Shown: in pieces, positions 12,864 to 27,759 of the stretch
Layout of the letters: each line of letters starts with the position of its first letter
Position numbering within the stretch: position 1 is the stretch's first letter
DNA from: Octopus vulgaris
Taxonomy: Eukaryota
Assembly: GCA_951406725.2 (NCBI GenBank)
Contig: OX597825.1
Location: forward strand, 14,570,001-14,634,000
Direction: 5' to 3'
DNA: 64,000 nucleotides
Made by a program: the position numbers and the translations under genes
The notes under the pieces: generated by a model
What the model saw: only the letters and a program-made list of their open reading frames with translations
Told to the model about the DNA's origin: nothing
The model's database searches: none

Positions 12864-15083
12864 TATACATTGGAATATATGCATATAGCAGCAGTTTCGT
12901 TAGAGGCAACGTCACATATAGCAGCGGGAAACCACCCGGAGGACGGTGTTTCTGCCAGTATAATATTTCACTTCCTCAGTGTATTAGGGCCACGTTATTA
13001 ACCTCTTATTAGTTAGCTAAATCTACCGCTATTACTGATTCCACACAGCTGACGTTCTACAGTAATTATCAATCTAATTACTTCTCCATCCATCTTTCTA
13101 TAGTTACAGGTTGTCAGCGATATAGACATATTACGAAGCTAACCGTCCATAAATGTAACCCATAAAAGCACGCACTCACACGCATTCTCTTTCAATTTCT
13201 CTCTCTCACACATACAAACACACGTACATACACGAACGTACTCATGCGCAAACAGACCCACAATTACATCCATGTAGCTGCATTTGATTACTCGTGTGTG
13301 AAACCTTGTATATGAATGCCTACGTTTTCAATAACATATTACTTGTATTTTTACTTCGTATGCATATATATCTATATCTTTATACAGGTCTGCATTCACT
13401 TGGCATATTGTATGCCTGTATATTATATGTATGAATATGCTGGTGTATGCATGCAGTGTGTAGTGTGTGCATGTGTACGTGTCTGTGTCTGATCATATTG
13501 TGTGTGGATGTATATGTGTCTGCATATGTGTTCGTCTGTAAAATCATGAGAAGCATTTCTAAAGAAGTATTTTGCATGGGTAAAAGAGTGCAAGGTATTC
13601 AGTTGCGAGCAATTTACACATTAAGGCAGGACCGTGTGATATTGTAATGAATGTAAAGAAACCGGAGAATGAAAGGAAAAATGTAAGCAAACGTTTGGAG
13701 GACGAGAAGATAAGCAGTGTGTTCGTGTACGCGTAAGTATGGAGTGTGGCTACGAAGAATGTTGTGGTTAGCATTAGCATTTAGCAGCTAAATTAAAGAA
13801 AATCATAACACACTCACACAATGGCTGTAAATGAATGGAAGAAGCTGAAACACGTAAAATAATAACTGTAAAAGATATTCATACCGTCAGCTCAGCTAAA
13901 TAACTAAGAAGCAATTAGAAGCGTTTTGTTTTTTTTAAATTGGGTCGGAATCAAAACAAATGAAAGAGATGAAGGGAATGCTTTGAGAAAGACATCAAGC
14001 TACTGAAACTAATAGAAAACGTTGTTTTTTTTTTTTGTTATTTCATTCTTTTTTTTCTTTATAAAATTGTATAGAAAATGATTATTTCTGATCAGCAATA
14101 AACAAATTGAAAAATAAAATTAATGGTGAATCTTATTTAAACGTGTTGATGGTTACTCGGTGTTCAAACAAATTGCACATTGTTTGAAAGAAAGAAAAAA
14201 AAAAAACTTATGTTAATAAATCTTGCGTCAGAAATTTTTATCTCATTTGCGATATTTTCAACATAGAATAGATTTATCCCTTAATTATCATGCGGATGAA
14301 ACGCTGAGGGGGAAGTGTTCTGAAAATCGATAGGCACGATGTGTAATCAGAAAGATACATGTGTTTATTATTCCTGAACAATTATAGAGATGTATTGTTG
14401 ATTCTTTCGTACAGCAATTCTATAGCCGAAATCCAGTATACTAAAACACAGCCCTAAAATATAAAATATCAACAACATAAAGCAAGAGTGATTCACAATA
14501 TAGATTCACACATAATTTTGCTCAAAATCCAGAAATGCTATTTTTTAGAGCAAAGGATTTTAGAGATGAAAGTGAACCAACTCTCTGATTAATACCATAA
14601 TGTAAAACATTAAATATGAACCAATCAGGGAATCTTTATGCCGCCAACTTTCGCTAAATCACATCTCATGCTTTAAGAAACGCATTAGTGTCTTTTTTCT
14701 TCTTTTTTTTTAGTTTAGGAATATACATACATTGATTATATGACTGCTCGGTTAACACTGACCCGAAGCTCATTAAGAACGACAAGGGGAACCATTAAAT
14801 AAACATTTGGGGAAATTATTTGGGATCTGCGTCGTTAACAATGAGGAGCTGACTTCCTTGATTGTGGATAAATTGTGTTATTACGAGATGACTAATGTTA
14901 TTTTTGCCGGAGTAAAATCCAGTAAAATCCAGTAGAAAATCAATAACAATAAGTTGCTTGAGAAACCAAAGAAATTCATCAAAACAGTTATGTAATTGGC
15001 AGTACGTATCATTCCTTGTGGCTCTTTGAAAAGGCCACAAAGATTGATACGTACTGCTTGGAATGTTCCCTTAACACTAGTTT

Positions 15084-15390
15084 AAACTGGAAGAACAGAA
15101 CGTTGTCTGTAGCATAAAGTGCATGGAGGGTTATCCTAAAAACAGGAACAGGATACACATTGGGGAAACTTCTAGAAGTTTAGCGGAAAGATTAAATGTA
15201 CACTAGGGAGAGTGTAAAGACTGGAGACACTCATCTGTACTCTATCTGCATGTAAGAAATCAACATGGTGTCTTGCTGGACCACATTTGACATCCATATA
15301 TTGCCTAAACACCTAAGAGACCCGTCGCCTTGACAATACGTGAGAATATCCTTATAAACGAGACAGTACTAATACTGGATAATTGTATAT
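15084..15390 (+). mobile_element. Penelope-like element GIY-YIG endonuclease relic
   Basis: EQNVVCSIKCMEGYPKNRNRIHIGETSRSLAERLNVH*GECKDWRHSSVLYLHVRNQHG...LTIRENILINETVLILDN matches the NVVY.I.C...YIGET.R.L.ER..EH...H...E...I...LN pattern. In-frame stops are present. Confidence 0.8.
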
Positions 15391-15820
15391 AGAACTTGAA
15401 CGCTATTCTTCCACCCGTGCAAAATGCATACACGCGTGCGTACGTGAAAGTAGGTAGGTACGTAGGTAAGGTCGGTTGGTTGATAGGTAGGCATGTGTGA
15501 GGTGGCATAGGCAGGTAAATAAGGTAAGTAATGGACTAAATGCTAGTTACAAACTTCTTCAATCCGCTCCAATCCAGAAGTAAGATGTCTACATTCTAGG
15601 TCCTTCTCTTTCTACTCGTTTAGAGTTTTCATCTCATTACCAGAATGCATCTTCGTGGTGTATTTTTCTTTAGGTCTTTCCATGTTCATTGCTCTGATGA
15701 TCTTTCTGATCCATTACTCGCTTAAAGACCCTTAAACCTGTCACCCGTTTCTCCGTCGAGTTTCCTGCTAGTCACAAGTCCTTATATACTAATAATAATA
15801 ACTTCATTCCTTCAACTCTT

Positions 15821-16229
15821 ATGTATTTATTGCCTACAAGAGGCTAATCATACAGGGGTCAAACAAGGACAGACAAACAGATTAAGTCGATTAGATCGAC
15901 CCCAGTGCGTAACTGGTACTTAATTTATCGACCCCGAAAGGATGAAAGGCAAAGTCTATCGCGGAGGAATTTGAACTCAGAACGCAAAGACAGACGAAAT
16001 ACCTATTTCTTTATTACCCACAAGGGGCTAAACACAGAGTGGACAAGTAAGGACAGACAAACAGATTAAGTCGATTACATCGATTACAAAACTGGTACTT
16101 AATTTATCGACCCCGAAAGGATGAAAGGCAAAGTCGACCTCGGCGGAATTTGAACTCGGAACGTAGCGACAGACGAAATGCTGGTAAGCATTTCGCCCGG
16201 CGTGCTAACGATTCTGCCAGCTCGCCGCA
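15821..16229 (-). mobile_element. SINE family B with a duplicated body and an 18-bp TSD
   Basis: One head plus two body units. TSD ttcattccttcaactctt at 15803-15820 and 16231-16248. Confidence 0.85.
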
Positions 16230-16864
16230 TTTCATTCCTTCAACTCTTGCTCTCTAGAACTCATTATCATCAACTGCTTTCCTCTGGAGTGTAGCATTCA
16301 GTCCTTTGAGATGTCTTCTTTCCATTTATTGCAAACCCTTACGGTGAAACGGCCTCAAAACTTGTTGGGAACAAAATCGTATAAAATTAAGTAAACAACT
16401 TCTAATTACCTACTAGTATAATCATGATGAAATTAACACAAACGCATGAAACATCATCAAAATTACTACATGCTACATGAGATGTAAAATAATATGTGAT
16501 AACAACTGAACGAACGTAAGAGTAAAACCAATCGGAAACTAATCAAAAATCGCATTCGATAAATATTTTATTCGTATAACTCTGAATTGCATGATGCATG
16601 AAAAGGCAGTAGAGGTGAAACCTTAGCATATAAGACCACAATCTAATAACCTATACACATTAATCTTCATTCATTAGATTCTGACACCCATTTTTCTTAT
16701 CTCGTTTCCAATTGCTCTCACTGTCACTCATTTCTGTACAATAGGTATCGTTCCGGATACTGGTCCGTTGCCAATATATAAAGATAGAATCGATATATAT
16801 ATAGATAAATAATATACATATATATATATGACTATAGAAACAAAAACTCACACCGAATCTCCCT

Positions 16865-16952
<88 letters not shown>

Positions 16953-17010
16953 TATGTATGTGCGTGTATATATATATATAAAAATATGTGCATATATATG
17001 TATATATATA

Positions 17011-17053
<43 letters not shown>

Positions 17054-17094
17054 ATGTATGTGCGTGTATATATATATATAAAAATATGTGCATA

Positions 17095-17145
<51 letters not shown>

Positions 17146-17188
17146 AAATGTATATATATATATATATATATATATGTACGTATAAATG

Positions 17189-17219
<31 letters not shown>

Positions 17220-17285
17220 ATATGCACACATATATACATATATACGCATATTCATATACACTTATGTGCATATATAATTATTTCC

Positions 17286-17286
<1 letters not shown>

Positions 17287-17328
<42 letters not shown>

Positions 17329-17443
17329 TATTATTATTACTGTTTCTATTATTAATATACTTAGTATTATCATTGTCATTATTATTTTTATTATTATCAT
17401 TATTATTATTATTATTATTAATATTATTATTATTATTACTATT

Positions 17444-17508
<65 letters not shown>

Positions 17509-17510
17509 CA

Positions 17511-17544
<34 letters not shown>

Positions 17545-17560
17545 CATTGTTATTATTACT
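17287..17560. repeat. (ATT)n microsatellite
   Basis: Long imperfect ATT tract, the source of the poly-L, poly-I and poly-N ORFs. Confidence 0.95.
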
Positions 17561-18099
17561 GGACTTTTTCTGCCAAAACAATTCGTAGAACTGGCACAAT
17601 TCTGTCTATATGATAATATAAAGTAGGACTTCATTTGCTGGGATACTTTAGTGATCCCCTAGATTAAGTTTGACAGGCTAAGAAACGATTTATATTTTCT
17701 TCGCGAAATCAATGAACTTAGGAACAAGGGTGACAATTATATTGAAGGCAACTAATTCATCAATCACATAGGCACATGCATACATCCACTACACACTTGC
17801 ACCTATCCTCACATGTCTATATGCATGTATGCGAGTATGCCTATAAGTATGTGTTTGTATGGGTGTGTTCATCTGGTATACAGGATACATCCACATGGCG
17901 GTAAAAAAAGGCAAAGAATGGCTGCTCTGAGTAGTGCCCTACCTCACCACGACCGATTCCAGTAACAGAGTTGGAAAAGAGAGTCTAAAATATCTGCGTA
18001 CATGTACTGTATGTGTATATAAATAATTATGTATGTATGTATGCAGGTTTATATGTATGCATGATTATATGTATGCATGTATGTATGTGTGTTTATATG

Positions 18100-18347
18100 T
18101 AGGAGTGGTTGTGTGGTAAGTAGATTTCTTAGGAGACACATGGTTCCGGGTTCAGTCCCACTGCGTGGTACCTTGGGCAAGTGTCTTCTAGTATAGCCTC
18201 GGGTCGATTAAAGCCTTGTGAGTGGATTTAGTAGACGGAAACTGAAAGAAGCCCGTCGTATATATATATATAATTATATATATATATATAATAATTTTTT
18301 GCATAATAGGGTTTCAATGACACCATTATCTCTTACACACACACACA

Positions 18348-18395
<48 letters not shown>

Positions 18396-18599
18396 TATAT
18401 ATATATGTATGTATGTATGTATGTATATGTTTGTGTGTCTGTGTTTACGTCCCCGCAACATAGCGGTTGGGCAAAAGAGCCCGATATAATAAAAATATGC
18501 TTTCAAAGAGTAAGTCCTGGGGTCGGTTTGTTCGACTAAAGGCGGTGCTCCAGCATGGCCCCAGTCAAATGACTGAAACAAGTAAAAGAGTTAAAGAGT
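18100..18599 (+). mobile_element. SINE family A
   Basis: Full head-to-tail match to the family A consensus. Confidence 0.85.
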
Positions 18600-18996
18600 A
18601 TGTATGTATAATCTTTTCTAACAGGATCTGCTTTTCTTTCTTTCTGAGTGTTCCTTTCCGACTTTACCTCCATTTCTTCCACTGCTTTTCATGATCGCCG
18701 ATCTTCACTAAATGTTTTCTCTCTCCCCTCTCCCTATTTGGCATCATGTGACCATCACGTGACGATCTCTAGGCCATACTTTTCCGACTTGACCGTTGAT
18801 TTATTCATTCATGCTCCCTGGGACTCCCAATTTTCACCAGGGCCGTCTTGTTTTTCCCATTTCATTCGTTCTATCTCCTTATCTATTGCTTCCATAACCC
18901 CGCCCTTCTATCTATCTTTCTACTTTACACGTCTAGAACCTTAGAGCAACTTTTTCCATTCGCGTTTCTTCTATACAGGACCTGGCTTAAAGCTGT

Positions 18997-19033
<37 letters not shown>

Positions 19034-19159
19034 CCAAAGTGAAATGATATATGAGTATGTATTGAATAGTTCCTTTGAAGAATTGTCAGATTTTGAATAT
19101 GGCCAACGTAAAGATCATGCAGCAAGATATTTTTGTTTTATTATTATAATTGATGAGAA

Positions 19160-19550
19160 AGCAGCGAGGTGCAGAATGGTTTAGCTCGACAGACAAAATG
19201 ATTTAGCGGCATTTGGTACGTTTTTCTTTTCATCCATTCACTGTCGATAATACCAGTTGAGCACTGGGGTCCATGTTATCAACTACCCCACTTAGCCAGA
19301 ATATCAGGCCTTTATGCCTATAGTAGAACGGATTATTATACAGTGTGAGAAGGCGGTAAGATGCTAAAATAGTTAGCTCCGCCGGACAAAATGCTTTAGC
19401 GTCATTTCATCTGTCTTTTATGCTCTGACTTAAATTTTCACCAAGGTCGGCTTTACTCTGCATCCTTTCGCCATTGATAAAATAAGCACCCGTTAAGGTC
19501 AGGGATCGATAACCTCGAAACTGCTGGCATTGTGCCAAAACTTGAAATCA
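19160..19550 (+). mobile_element. Two degenerate family B SINE copies
   Basis: Remnant heads and gtcggctttactctgcatcctttcg...gataaaataagcacc. Confidence 0.5.
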
Positions 19551-19619
19551 TTATTACATCGAGCAGGTGACAATAATTTTACATCATGTTATATTTGAAA
19601 TAAAAGAAAAACCGTTAGC

Positions 19620-19733
19620 AAAGAGAAATGTGCGCCAAGAGATTTGAGTTTTACCCAAGAAGTGCCGACCAAAGTTCATCTCGAGTTTCACAATATCACA
19701 TAAGGTGTTGCTACTAATCCAAACCATTTTCCC
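19620..19733 (-). pseudogene. VWDE-like module start remnant
   Basis: GKMVWISSNTLCDIVKLEMNFGRHFLGKTQISWRTF resembles I....FCDV......VFGKGF.....IKC. Confidence 0.45.
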
Positions 19734-19944
19734 TCACCGCAGTCTGTAGTGCAAAGATCTCATCTACGTGCGGATTTTGGCAAGAGTGATGACATATTGG
19801 GAAAGAAACAGAATCTTGCATTCTCGGGAGTATTGTCAGAATCTATCTAATCTTGTTTGATGTTCAGGTGCAATACGGCAAAATTACATTTTATTAGCTC
19901 TTCTCGTAGTCTCGGCGCATACATCTGTTGCACACACACACACT

Positions 19945-19999
<55 letters not shown>

Positions 20000-20289
20000 T
20001 TCATAGGCGAGATGAAGAGATATGTGTATACGTGTGGTTCTAGCCGTAAGCGCGTGCTTGTGTCTTTATGTCTCCTACTATCGCTAAACAAATTGTGATA
20101 GCGCATTTACGGCCCCGTGGCTTTATTGATTCGGAAAAAGAAACAGATAGAACAAGTACTCGATTTACCGGCTTAATAAAACAAAAAGAGTACCGATTTA
20201 CAAGTTCAATTCGTTTGACGAAAAATTATGCAAGGTGGTGCCCCAGCATTGCCGCTGTCTAATGGCTGGAACAAGTCATAGATAAATGA

Positions 20290-20748
20290 TCATCATTGTT
20301 CGACCGTGGTCGAGACAATGGAATTTACCATGCTACGCCAGACTTCACGGTCCATCATGGCATTACGGAGGTCCTGTTGCTGCATGCCTGTATCCCTGGA
20401 GATTACATCAGGGTAGGAGAGTGTGCGCCCTCTGGTATTGCGAGTAGATGGCTTCCAGAGGAGAAGAGTAGAAATTAATTCTTTTTCAGCTCTACAACAA
20501 TGTCCAGCAAACTGGACTCTCCTACCTTTCACAAGAGATGACACAGGTGGTAGTTTCCCATATATTTGCATTTTGGTTGGATGGCGCTTCCACGAAAGAT
20601 TTTGAGCTCTCATAAGGAGGCGAGTGTAGGTTCCATCTAACCGCCTCTCAAGCTTCTTTGATAACGTCCAGGTTTCTGAGCCATATAGTAGAATTGGTTC
20701 TACTGTGGCTTTGAAGATTTCAAGTTTGAAGTCTCTACTTAGATTTGA
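20290..20748 (-). mobile_element. RTE-clade LINE, 5'-truncated 3' end
   Basis: SNLSRDFKLEIFKATVEPILLYGSETWTLSKKLERRLDGTYTRLLMRAQNLSWKRHPT...FAGHCCR...DREVWRSMV, a typical RTE C-terminus. Confidence 0.9.
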
Positions 20749-20832
20749 TAAATGATAAAACGTGTATATAATTACAAACATGGATTCATACACACACACA
20801 TACATACATACATACATACATACATACATACA

Positions 20833-20868
<36 letters not shown>

Positions 20869-20955
20869 TTTGTGTGTGTGTTTGTGTGTGTGTGTGTCTG
20901 TGTGTGTGTATGTATATATAAAGATATACGCACACATTCATATGCATATTCACGC

Positions 20956-21029
<74 letters not shown>

Positions 21030-21039
21030 AGTTCAGATA

Positions 21040-22124
21040 ATAATTTTTTACCTTCTGCTAAATCTTAGTGCAAGTTTTGAAGTGTGCAGTTTGATTTTAG
21101 TTATTTTTTTCAAAGTAACAAATAAGCATATTCGGCATATTTTTCTCTATGAGATCGATAAAGCAACAACGTAACGGAAAGTACGAAGAATATTATTCAA
21201 GTATATTGGGATCAGACAATAAGCGTGATCCAGTGCCAACGGTCATTCCAGATATTCCGAGCCGGAAACTACAGGCTAGAAGGCGAACCTCGTCCTTGAA
21301 GGTCTAAAAAGATCATCTAGGATGTCCTGCAAAACCTAGTTGAACAATATCCCATTGTAACCGTTGAGAAACTAGCATTGAAGCTTGGATTTGATCACTC
21401 AACCATTCATCGAGACCTGTGCGCCATCGCAAAAGTCACGTATCACAAAGAACCATTTTTCGAGCGAACAGTGACTGGTGACGAGAAATGGGTTCCCTAT
21501 AACATTTCAAGCACCGAAGAGAGCGGGTAGGGAAAGGAGAAAGACCGGCACCCCAGGCTAAACAAGGTCTTCACCCGCTTAAGGTGCTGTTATCTGTTTG
21601 ATGGGATATAAAAGGTTTAGTCCACTTCGAACTTTTAGACCCAGACCAAACGATAATAAAAGAGATCTACTGCGAGCAGCTTGAGCGACTTAAACCAGCA
21701 CTAGAAGAAAGACGACCATCTTTGGTATCAAGTTGAAAAGTGTTCTTTCATCGGGATAATACTCATACATACAGCGAGGATGACATTTCAAAGGCTGGAA
21801 CACTTTGAACGGGAAACGATTTCCCACCCACTATTTCGCCGGACATTGCTCCATCTGATTATCATTTATTTCTCAATCTTCAACATCATTGGGACGAAAA
21901 AGATATGAATTCTGTAGACGAGATCAGAATAGTACTGGAGGTGGATTTTTCTTCGCCGACAAGACAATTTTGGAAGAGGGGCCATATAATTCTACAAGAT
22001 AGATGGAAGAGCATTATAGAAAATGAAGGAGTACATATTTTAAATTAAAAGAGAACTTTGCTTATCTTAATTTTGAAAAATAAATAATTATAAAAAACCG
22101 CATTATTTATGAGAAGACACAGTA
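21040..22124 (+). mobile_element. Mariner transposon with a degenerate transposase
   Basis: HIRHIFLYE, FRAGNYRLEGEPR, VTGDEKWVPYN, LHPLKVLLSV*WDIKGLVHFELL, FHRDN, SPDIAPSDYHLF, RWKSIIENEG. A right TIR-like aaaaaaccgcattatttatgagaagacacagTA follows. Stops, frameshifts and an internal deletion are present. Confidence 0.92.
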
Positions 22125-22167
22125 TGTAGCAAGCTATGTTCATAACCGCTTTAACGTGGCTGCTCCA

Positions 22168-22228
<61 letters not shown>

Positions 22229-22439
22229 AGTAGATAAATACATACATACTTACATACATACATATATACATATAGATGTGTGAGTACATATATGTACATA
22301 TTTATGTGTGTGTGTATATATATATATATATACATATCGTATGTGTATAAATATATATATATAAATATGTATATATATATATTATGCGTATGTACATATA
22401 TGCATACATATACATACACGCATATATATATTTTGAAAC

Positions 22440-22490
<51 letters not shown>

Positions 22491-22704
22491 TATTTGTGTG
22501 TATGTATATGTATATATACATGCACCTACGTGCATGAAAGATCTATATTTCATCGATTGTAAATATTGGTGTGTAGTCGTCTTGGAGCACGTGTCGGGAG
22601 AAATTAAGAAACGAAAATAGAAAAAAGCAATCGCTTATATTGCTTCGCAGATATCCGATTCTTGCCGCTTTTAAACAACTCACAGAATCACACTGCATCG
22701 TCAT

Positions 22705-22756
<52 letters not shown>

Positions 22757-23549
22757 ATACACATCCAAACACACACACATTGCAATTTAATTACGTAAAG
22801 AAAATATATGTTTTTTCCAAACTTTCACGAAGAAGCGAAACAAACCAATGATAAAATAAGCGTACATCGTGCAATTAATATCCACATGTGATTCCAGTAT
22901 CAATGAGCTCCCGTTTGATCTTGAACATCACTATAATGATATCACTAATGTTATCACTTTGACTATTTGTTCTGTTTTTAGAATATACCACTACATGACT
23001 TTATACGTTCGGTTGGACACATACTTCAAGTATAACAATTATGGAAGTTCAATGGTGTCTTAATTCATTTAGCGGTCAGCTTTGCGTTTGATCACAAAGT
23101 TGTTTAACTGAACTAAATGTTAAAAGTTCATATGTCAAACACACAATGAACTGCTGACTCGTTTATGCTGTTGGACATGGCTTGTTTATAATTTGATTTC
23201 TATTATAATAATGATTAATGAACACATATGTGTCAAAGCCACAGCCAGTATTGCGTTCCTTGACTACATTTTCGAAGAAGCAATAAACTCATCAAATCAG
23301 AATGAAAAACATTCTGCTCTTTCATACAAATTACAAACTTACTGTCCTGCATGAAGTTTCTCTCATTTATTTTTCTGATAACTTATAATTAATTTACACG
23401 CCATTACAATGCATTTAAAATCCTAGACACACCGCCGTATGCGCTCTGGCTTTTTCCTTTGTCTCTGATACATACATACATACATATATACATACATAAA
23501 CACATACGTAACGATACTATGCTTCCTAGGTATATGCATATGTTATATA

Positions 23550-23629
<80 letters not shown>

Positions 23630-24699
23630 TATATACATTCATAGGGACAGAAGTGGCTGTGCGGTTAGAAGCTTGTTTCACAACCACATGGTTCTGAGTT
23701 CAGTCCGAATGCCTGCTACCTTTGTCAAATATCTTCTAGTATAGGGGCCGACCAAAGCCTTGACAACAAGCACACTCACAAGAAATACGTTTTAATCAGC
23801 TGGAATTAATAAATTAATTACAGGGACACTAAGCAGTGAGAATTAAAATGAAATTGAATACATATATGTTTTACATACTTGTTTACATTCAAATAGAGGG
23901 AGAGAGAGAGATTTGCTGTGGTGAATGTCTCGAGGGACAAATGTTTGTGGCAGCCCCTGTGTGTGAAATCGAAACAAGATGACCTGAAGGTGACATTATC
24001 TGAATGTCTTGTGTTTCTTGGAGCTTGGTTGCGTTTCATCAGTTACATTTGTCTGGATGGAATTAATTAATGAAATAACATTAAACAGGGTTTATCAAAA
24101 TAAAATTGAGAGGTCGTATGCTTTATAATGAAACGTGGGAAAATCCTTTACTGTGGTAATTGACTTAAATGAAAACTTAGCCTTTGCAAGAAAAGGAACG
24201 GTTGCTTCTAGTGGAATGTAAAACCATTGATCCGGTTTCTATAACTGTTGAGTCGTATTTAAAAATAATGTTCCACATAAATAAGGCGCGTGAATATCCT
24301 GAGGAAGGGGGGCATCAAATTTAATGAAACCGAATATTTCATTTGTAATTAAGTTTTACGTCTCTCGTAGGGTAAAAGACAGTGTTGTTCACTGTGGAAT
24401 TTAAAATCAGAATTCTAATATTTGGAAAAGAATACTTTTCTCCGCTGGTTTAATAGGTCAGGCAAATCACCGGCATAATGAACAGCACAAATAATACGAT
24501 GCAAATGTTTCTAGAGTATAAGTAACCTCTTAAAACTTATACACAGAGTGCCGTTAGTGACAAATTAGAGCAATTTATCTATTTTAGTTTCTAATAGATT
24601 GCCTCCGGCATAATATAATCATTGGAGATTACATTTCTAGCAAATATATATTGTGTATATCATGGTAGCAACTACACTTAGGTTTATGTTCTTCTTCGT

Positions 24700-24830
24700 A
24701 GTTCTTTTCAACAGAGATACATTAAATGAGTGAAATACATTCTTGGTGTAGTTATTTGGAAGATCTTCCTTGATCGAACTGTCATTTCCTCACACAGTCC
24801 CCGGCCATATACATCAAATCAAATTTGCAG
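24700..24830 (-). pseudogene. Possible VWDE-like module start remnant
   Basis: FDVYGRGLCEEMTVRSRKIFQITTPRMYFTHLMYLC* contains a GLCD-like motif. Confidence 0.3.
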
Positions 24831-25819
24831 ATTCTAAATGTTAAACTATCTAGTCATTCGGTACGAAATATGATTCCACAGATACGACTTTAAAGACAGA
24901 CGTTTCTTCTGAGACAAAATCCTACCGCTGGCGCCATTTTAAGTTTGTATGTTTACATGCGTATACACTTACGCTCACCATCACAAATACACATAAACAC
25001 AAATACGCATAAACACACACACAAACACACACAACGTTCATATTTGTACTATAAATAATATATACATAATTATTTTAATATAATGCTGTTTCAGTTCCGT
25101 ATATCAACTTAAGTATCATATGGTGTCACGTTTAGGTTATTAAAACCTGAACATAAGTGTTTGAATGAACCAAACTATCTGGGGGTATGTCAGCGATGTG
25201 TGTATAATTCTTGTGTTTGCTTAGCCCTTAGGTATAATCTGTGATAAATAACCGCCAAATGGTTCTCACGTGAGAACGTACTTTTTAAACGAGACAGTAT
25301 ATATTGAACATGGTAATCCTAGATACACGGATGATTTATATCCAGACAGTACATCTAGGATCAAAGTTACTTACAAGCAAGGAAGTCCTGGATATATACA
25401 TAAAAAGTTATCATACCTATGTTGAAAGGTGTTCCTAATATGACCATTCCATCCGTGTTCAAATCATATGTACAAAACACACAGAATCTTATCATCTATG
25501 TTGCCATTTGATATTATTTGAGAGATTGGCTGTGAGTGTTAGCAAGTGAAATGTTCACATCAAGTTCCTATATAGCATACAGTATAGTCTAGTACACGTT
25601 TCAAAATAGTCATATCTTTTACGTGTTTGAATCATTAGACTGCACCCATACTGGACACCGCCTTCAAGTAGTTAGTTCAACGGAACGAATTGACCCCTGG
25701 ACGTATCTTAAGTCAGCATTTGTTCTATCAGTCTCTTATTCAACTCGAATGTACTGTAGTCGGATTGTTCCTCACCCAGTGACTGTAGATACAATTAGAA
25801 TACTCTAAAATATCTATAT

Positions 25820-25903
25820 TCTAGTATAGCCTCGGGCCGACCAAAGCCTTGTCAGTGCATTTCATAGATGGAAACTGAAAGAAGCCTGTCGTATATATAT
25901 ATA

Positions 25904-25935
<32 letters not shown>

Positions 25936-26145
25936 ATGTTTGTGTGTCTGTGTTTGTCCTCCGCCCTAACATAGCTTCAAAACCGATGCTAGTGCATTTA
26001 CCTCCACGCAACCAAGCGGTACGGCAAAAGAAGTCGATGGTGTAAGTACTAGGCTTACAGGGAATAAGCCCTCTGGTCGATTTGCTCGACTAAAGGCGGT
26101 GCTCCAGCATGGACGCAATCAAATTGACTGAAACAAGTAAAAGAA
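25820..26145 (+). mobile_element. SINE family A, headless
   Basis: Match from ctagtatagcctcgggccgacc to gactgaaacaagtaaaag. Confidence 0.8.
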
Positions 26146-26749
26146 TCATATCCCCTAACGTAGTACCGTGCCTCATGTTTATGGTTCGCATGACGTTTGA
26201 GGATCCAACTAAAGAAAAATAGTAAATTGAATTCAAAAATTACTTTACAGGGCCAAGAAAACATAATTTATAGATGTATATATGGCAAGAAACAGCAACA
26301 TTTCTTTCTATAATATTCTACAGAAGTGAACGCGTGATGACCAAAATACGAATTTTGATAGAAAACATCTATAAAATTAGATCGAAAAACAATAAATGAC
26401 TGTAGGGTCGACCAGAATACAACAGTAATAAAAAGGGTTCATAAATAAAAGAAAATGATAGAGAATCACTGCGTAATACTACTATATCACAGAAAAAAGT
26501 TCTTGAAATTCTCTGTGACTTTTCGTGTAAATAATTTATAGATATTGAATTCTGATGAAATATTAGAAATATTTTGTATTCTCTGCTACGCAATTCTCTA
26601 CTATATATTTTCTTCCTCGGACCGTCTAATTTATCAGTTCTTCCGCACATATAACCCGTTACTTATAAATACAATATACAAAACACATGAAATACAAATA
26701 GGGGAGAGAGCATCAGCTTTGTCTGTACATAATGAAGCTCTTAGCATTT

Positions 26750-26958
26750 ACTCTTTACTCTTTTCCTTGTTTCAGTCATTTGAGTGCGGCTATGCTGGAG
26801 AACCGCCTTTAGTCGAGCAAATCGACCCCGGGACTTATTCTTTGTAATCCCAGTACTTATTCTATCGATTACTTGTGCCGAACCGCTATGTGACGGGGAC
26901 GTAAACACACCAGCATCGATTGTCAAGCAATGCTAGGGGGACAAACATACACACACAA

Positions 26959-27031
<73 letters not shown>

Positions 27032-27197
27032 TACGACGGGCTTCTATCACTTTCCGTCTACCAAATCCACTCACAAGGCAATTGTCAGCCCGGGGCTATA
27101 GCAGAAGACACTTGCCCAAGATGCCACGCAGTGGGACTGAACCCGGAACAATGTGGTTGGTTAGCAAGCTACTTACCACACAGCTACTTCTGCGCCT
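26750..27197 (-). mobile_element. SINE family A, full length
   Basis: Reverse complement of the consensus, including the head. Confidence 0.9.
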
Positions 27198-27450
27198 ATT
27201 GTGTAAGTTTTTGTCTCAGCCCTCGCATTTATTACATGTAGGAGTCAAGCAGATAAAGAAACATTCAATAATGGTCTCGTAGCTGAGAACATCACTTTGT
27301 TACCACGTGGTGACAAAGTGCAGTGGTAGAGGAAGTAGCTGGTTCTGCTCGTTACTTTCGCCAAGTACTATGCTACTACTCTACTATAGCTTCAGTCTTA
27401 TCTTTGCTGTGAGAATAAATTTGGTAGTCGAAGACAATGAGGTCGGACGA

Positions 27451-27536
<86 letters not shown>

Positions 27537-27577
27537 ACTGTTTACTTTTTACTTGTTTATGCTGGGGCCATGCTGGG

Positions 27578-27620
<43 letters not shown>

Positions 27621-27649
27621 CACAAATATATACATATATATGCACATAA

Positions 27650-27697
<48 letters not shown>

Positions 27698-27759
27698 GCA
27701 CATATGCATATACATACGTATATATATGTATATATAGATGGATGCCATGATAGATCGTT

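Noticed and set aside
15821-16229. Repeated units that might suggest a CRISPR-like array
   Set aside because: The units are long SINE bodies with no unique spacers, and there are no cas genes.
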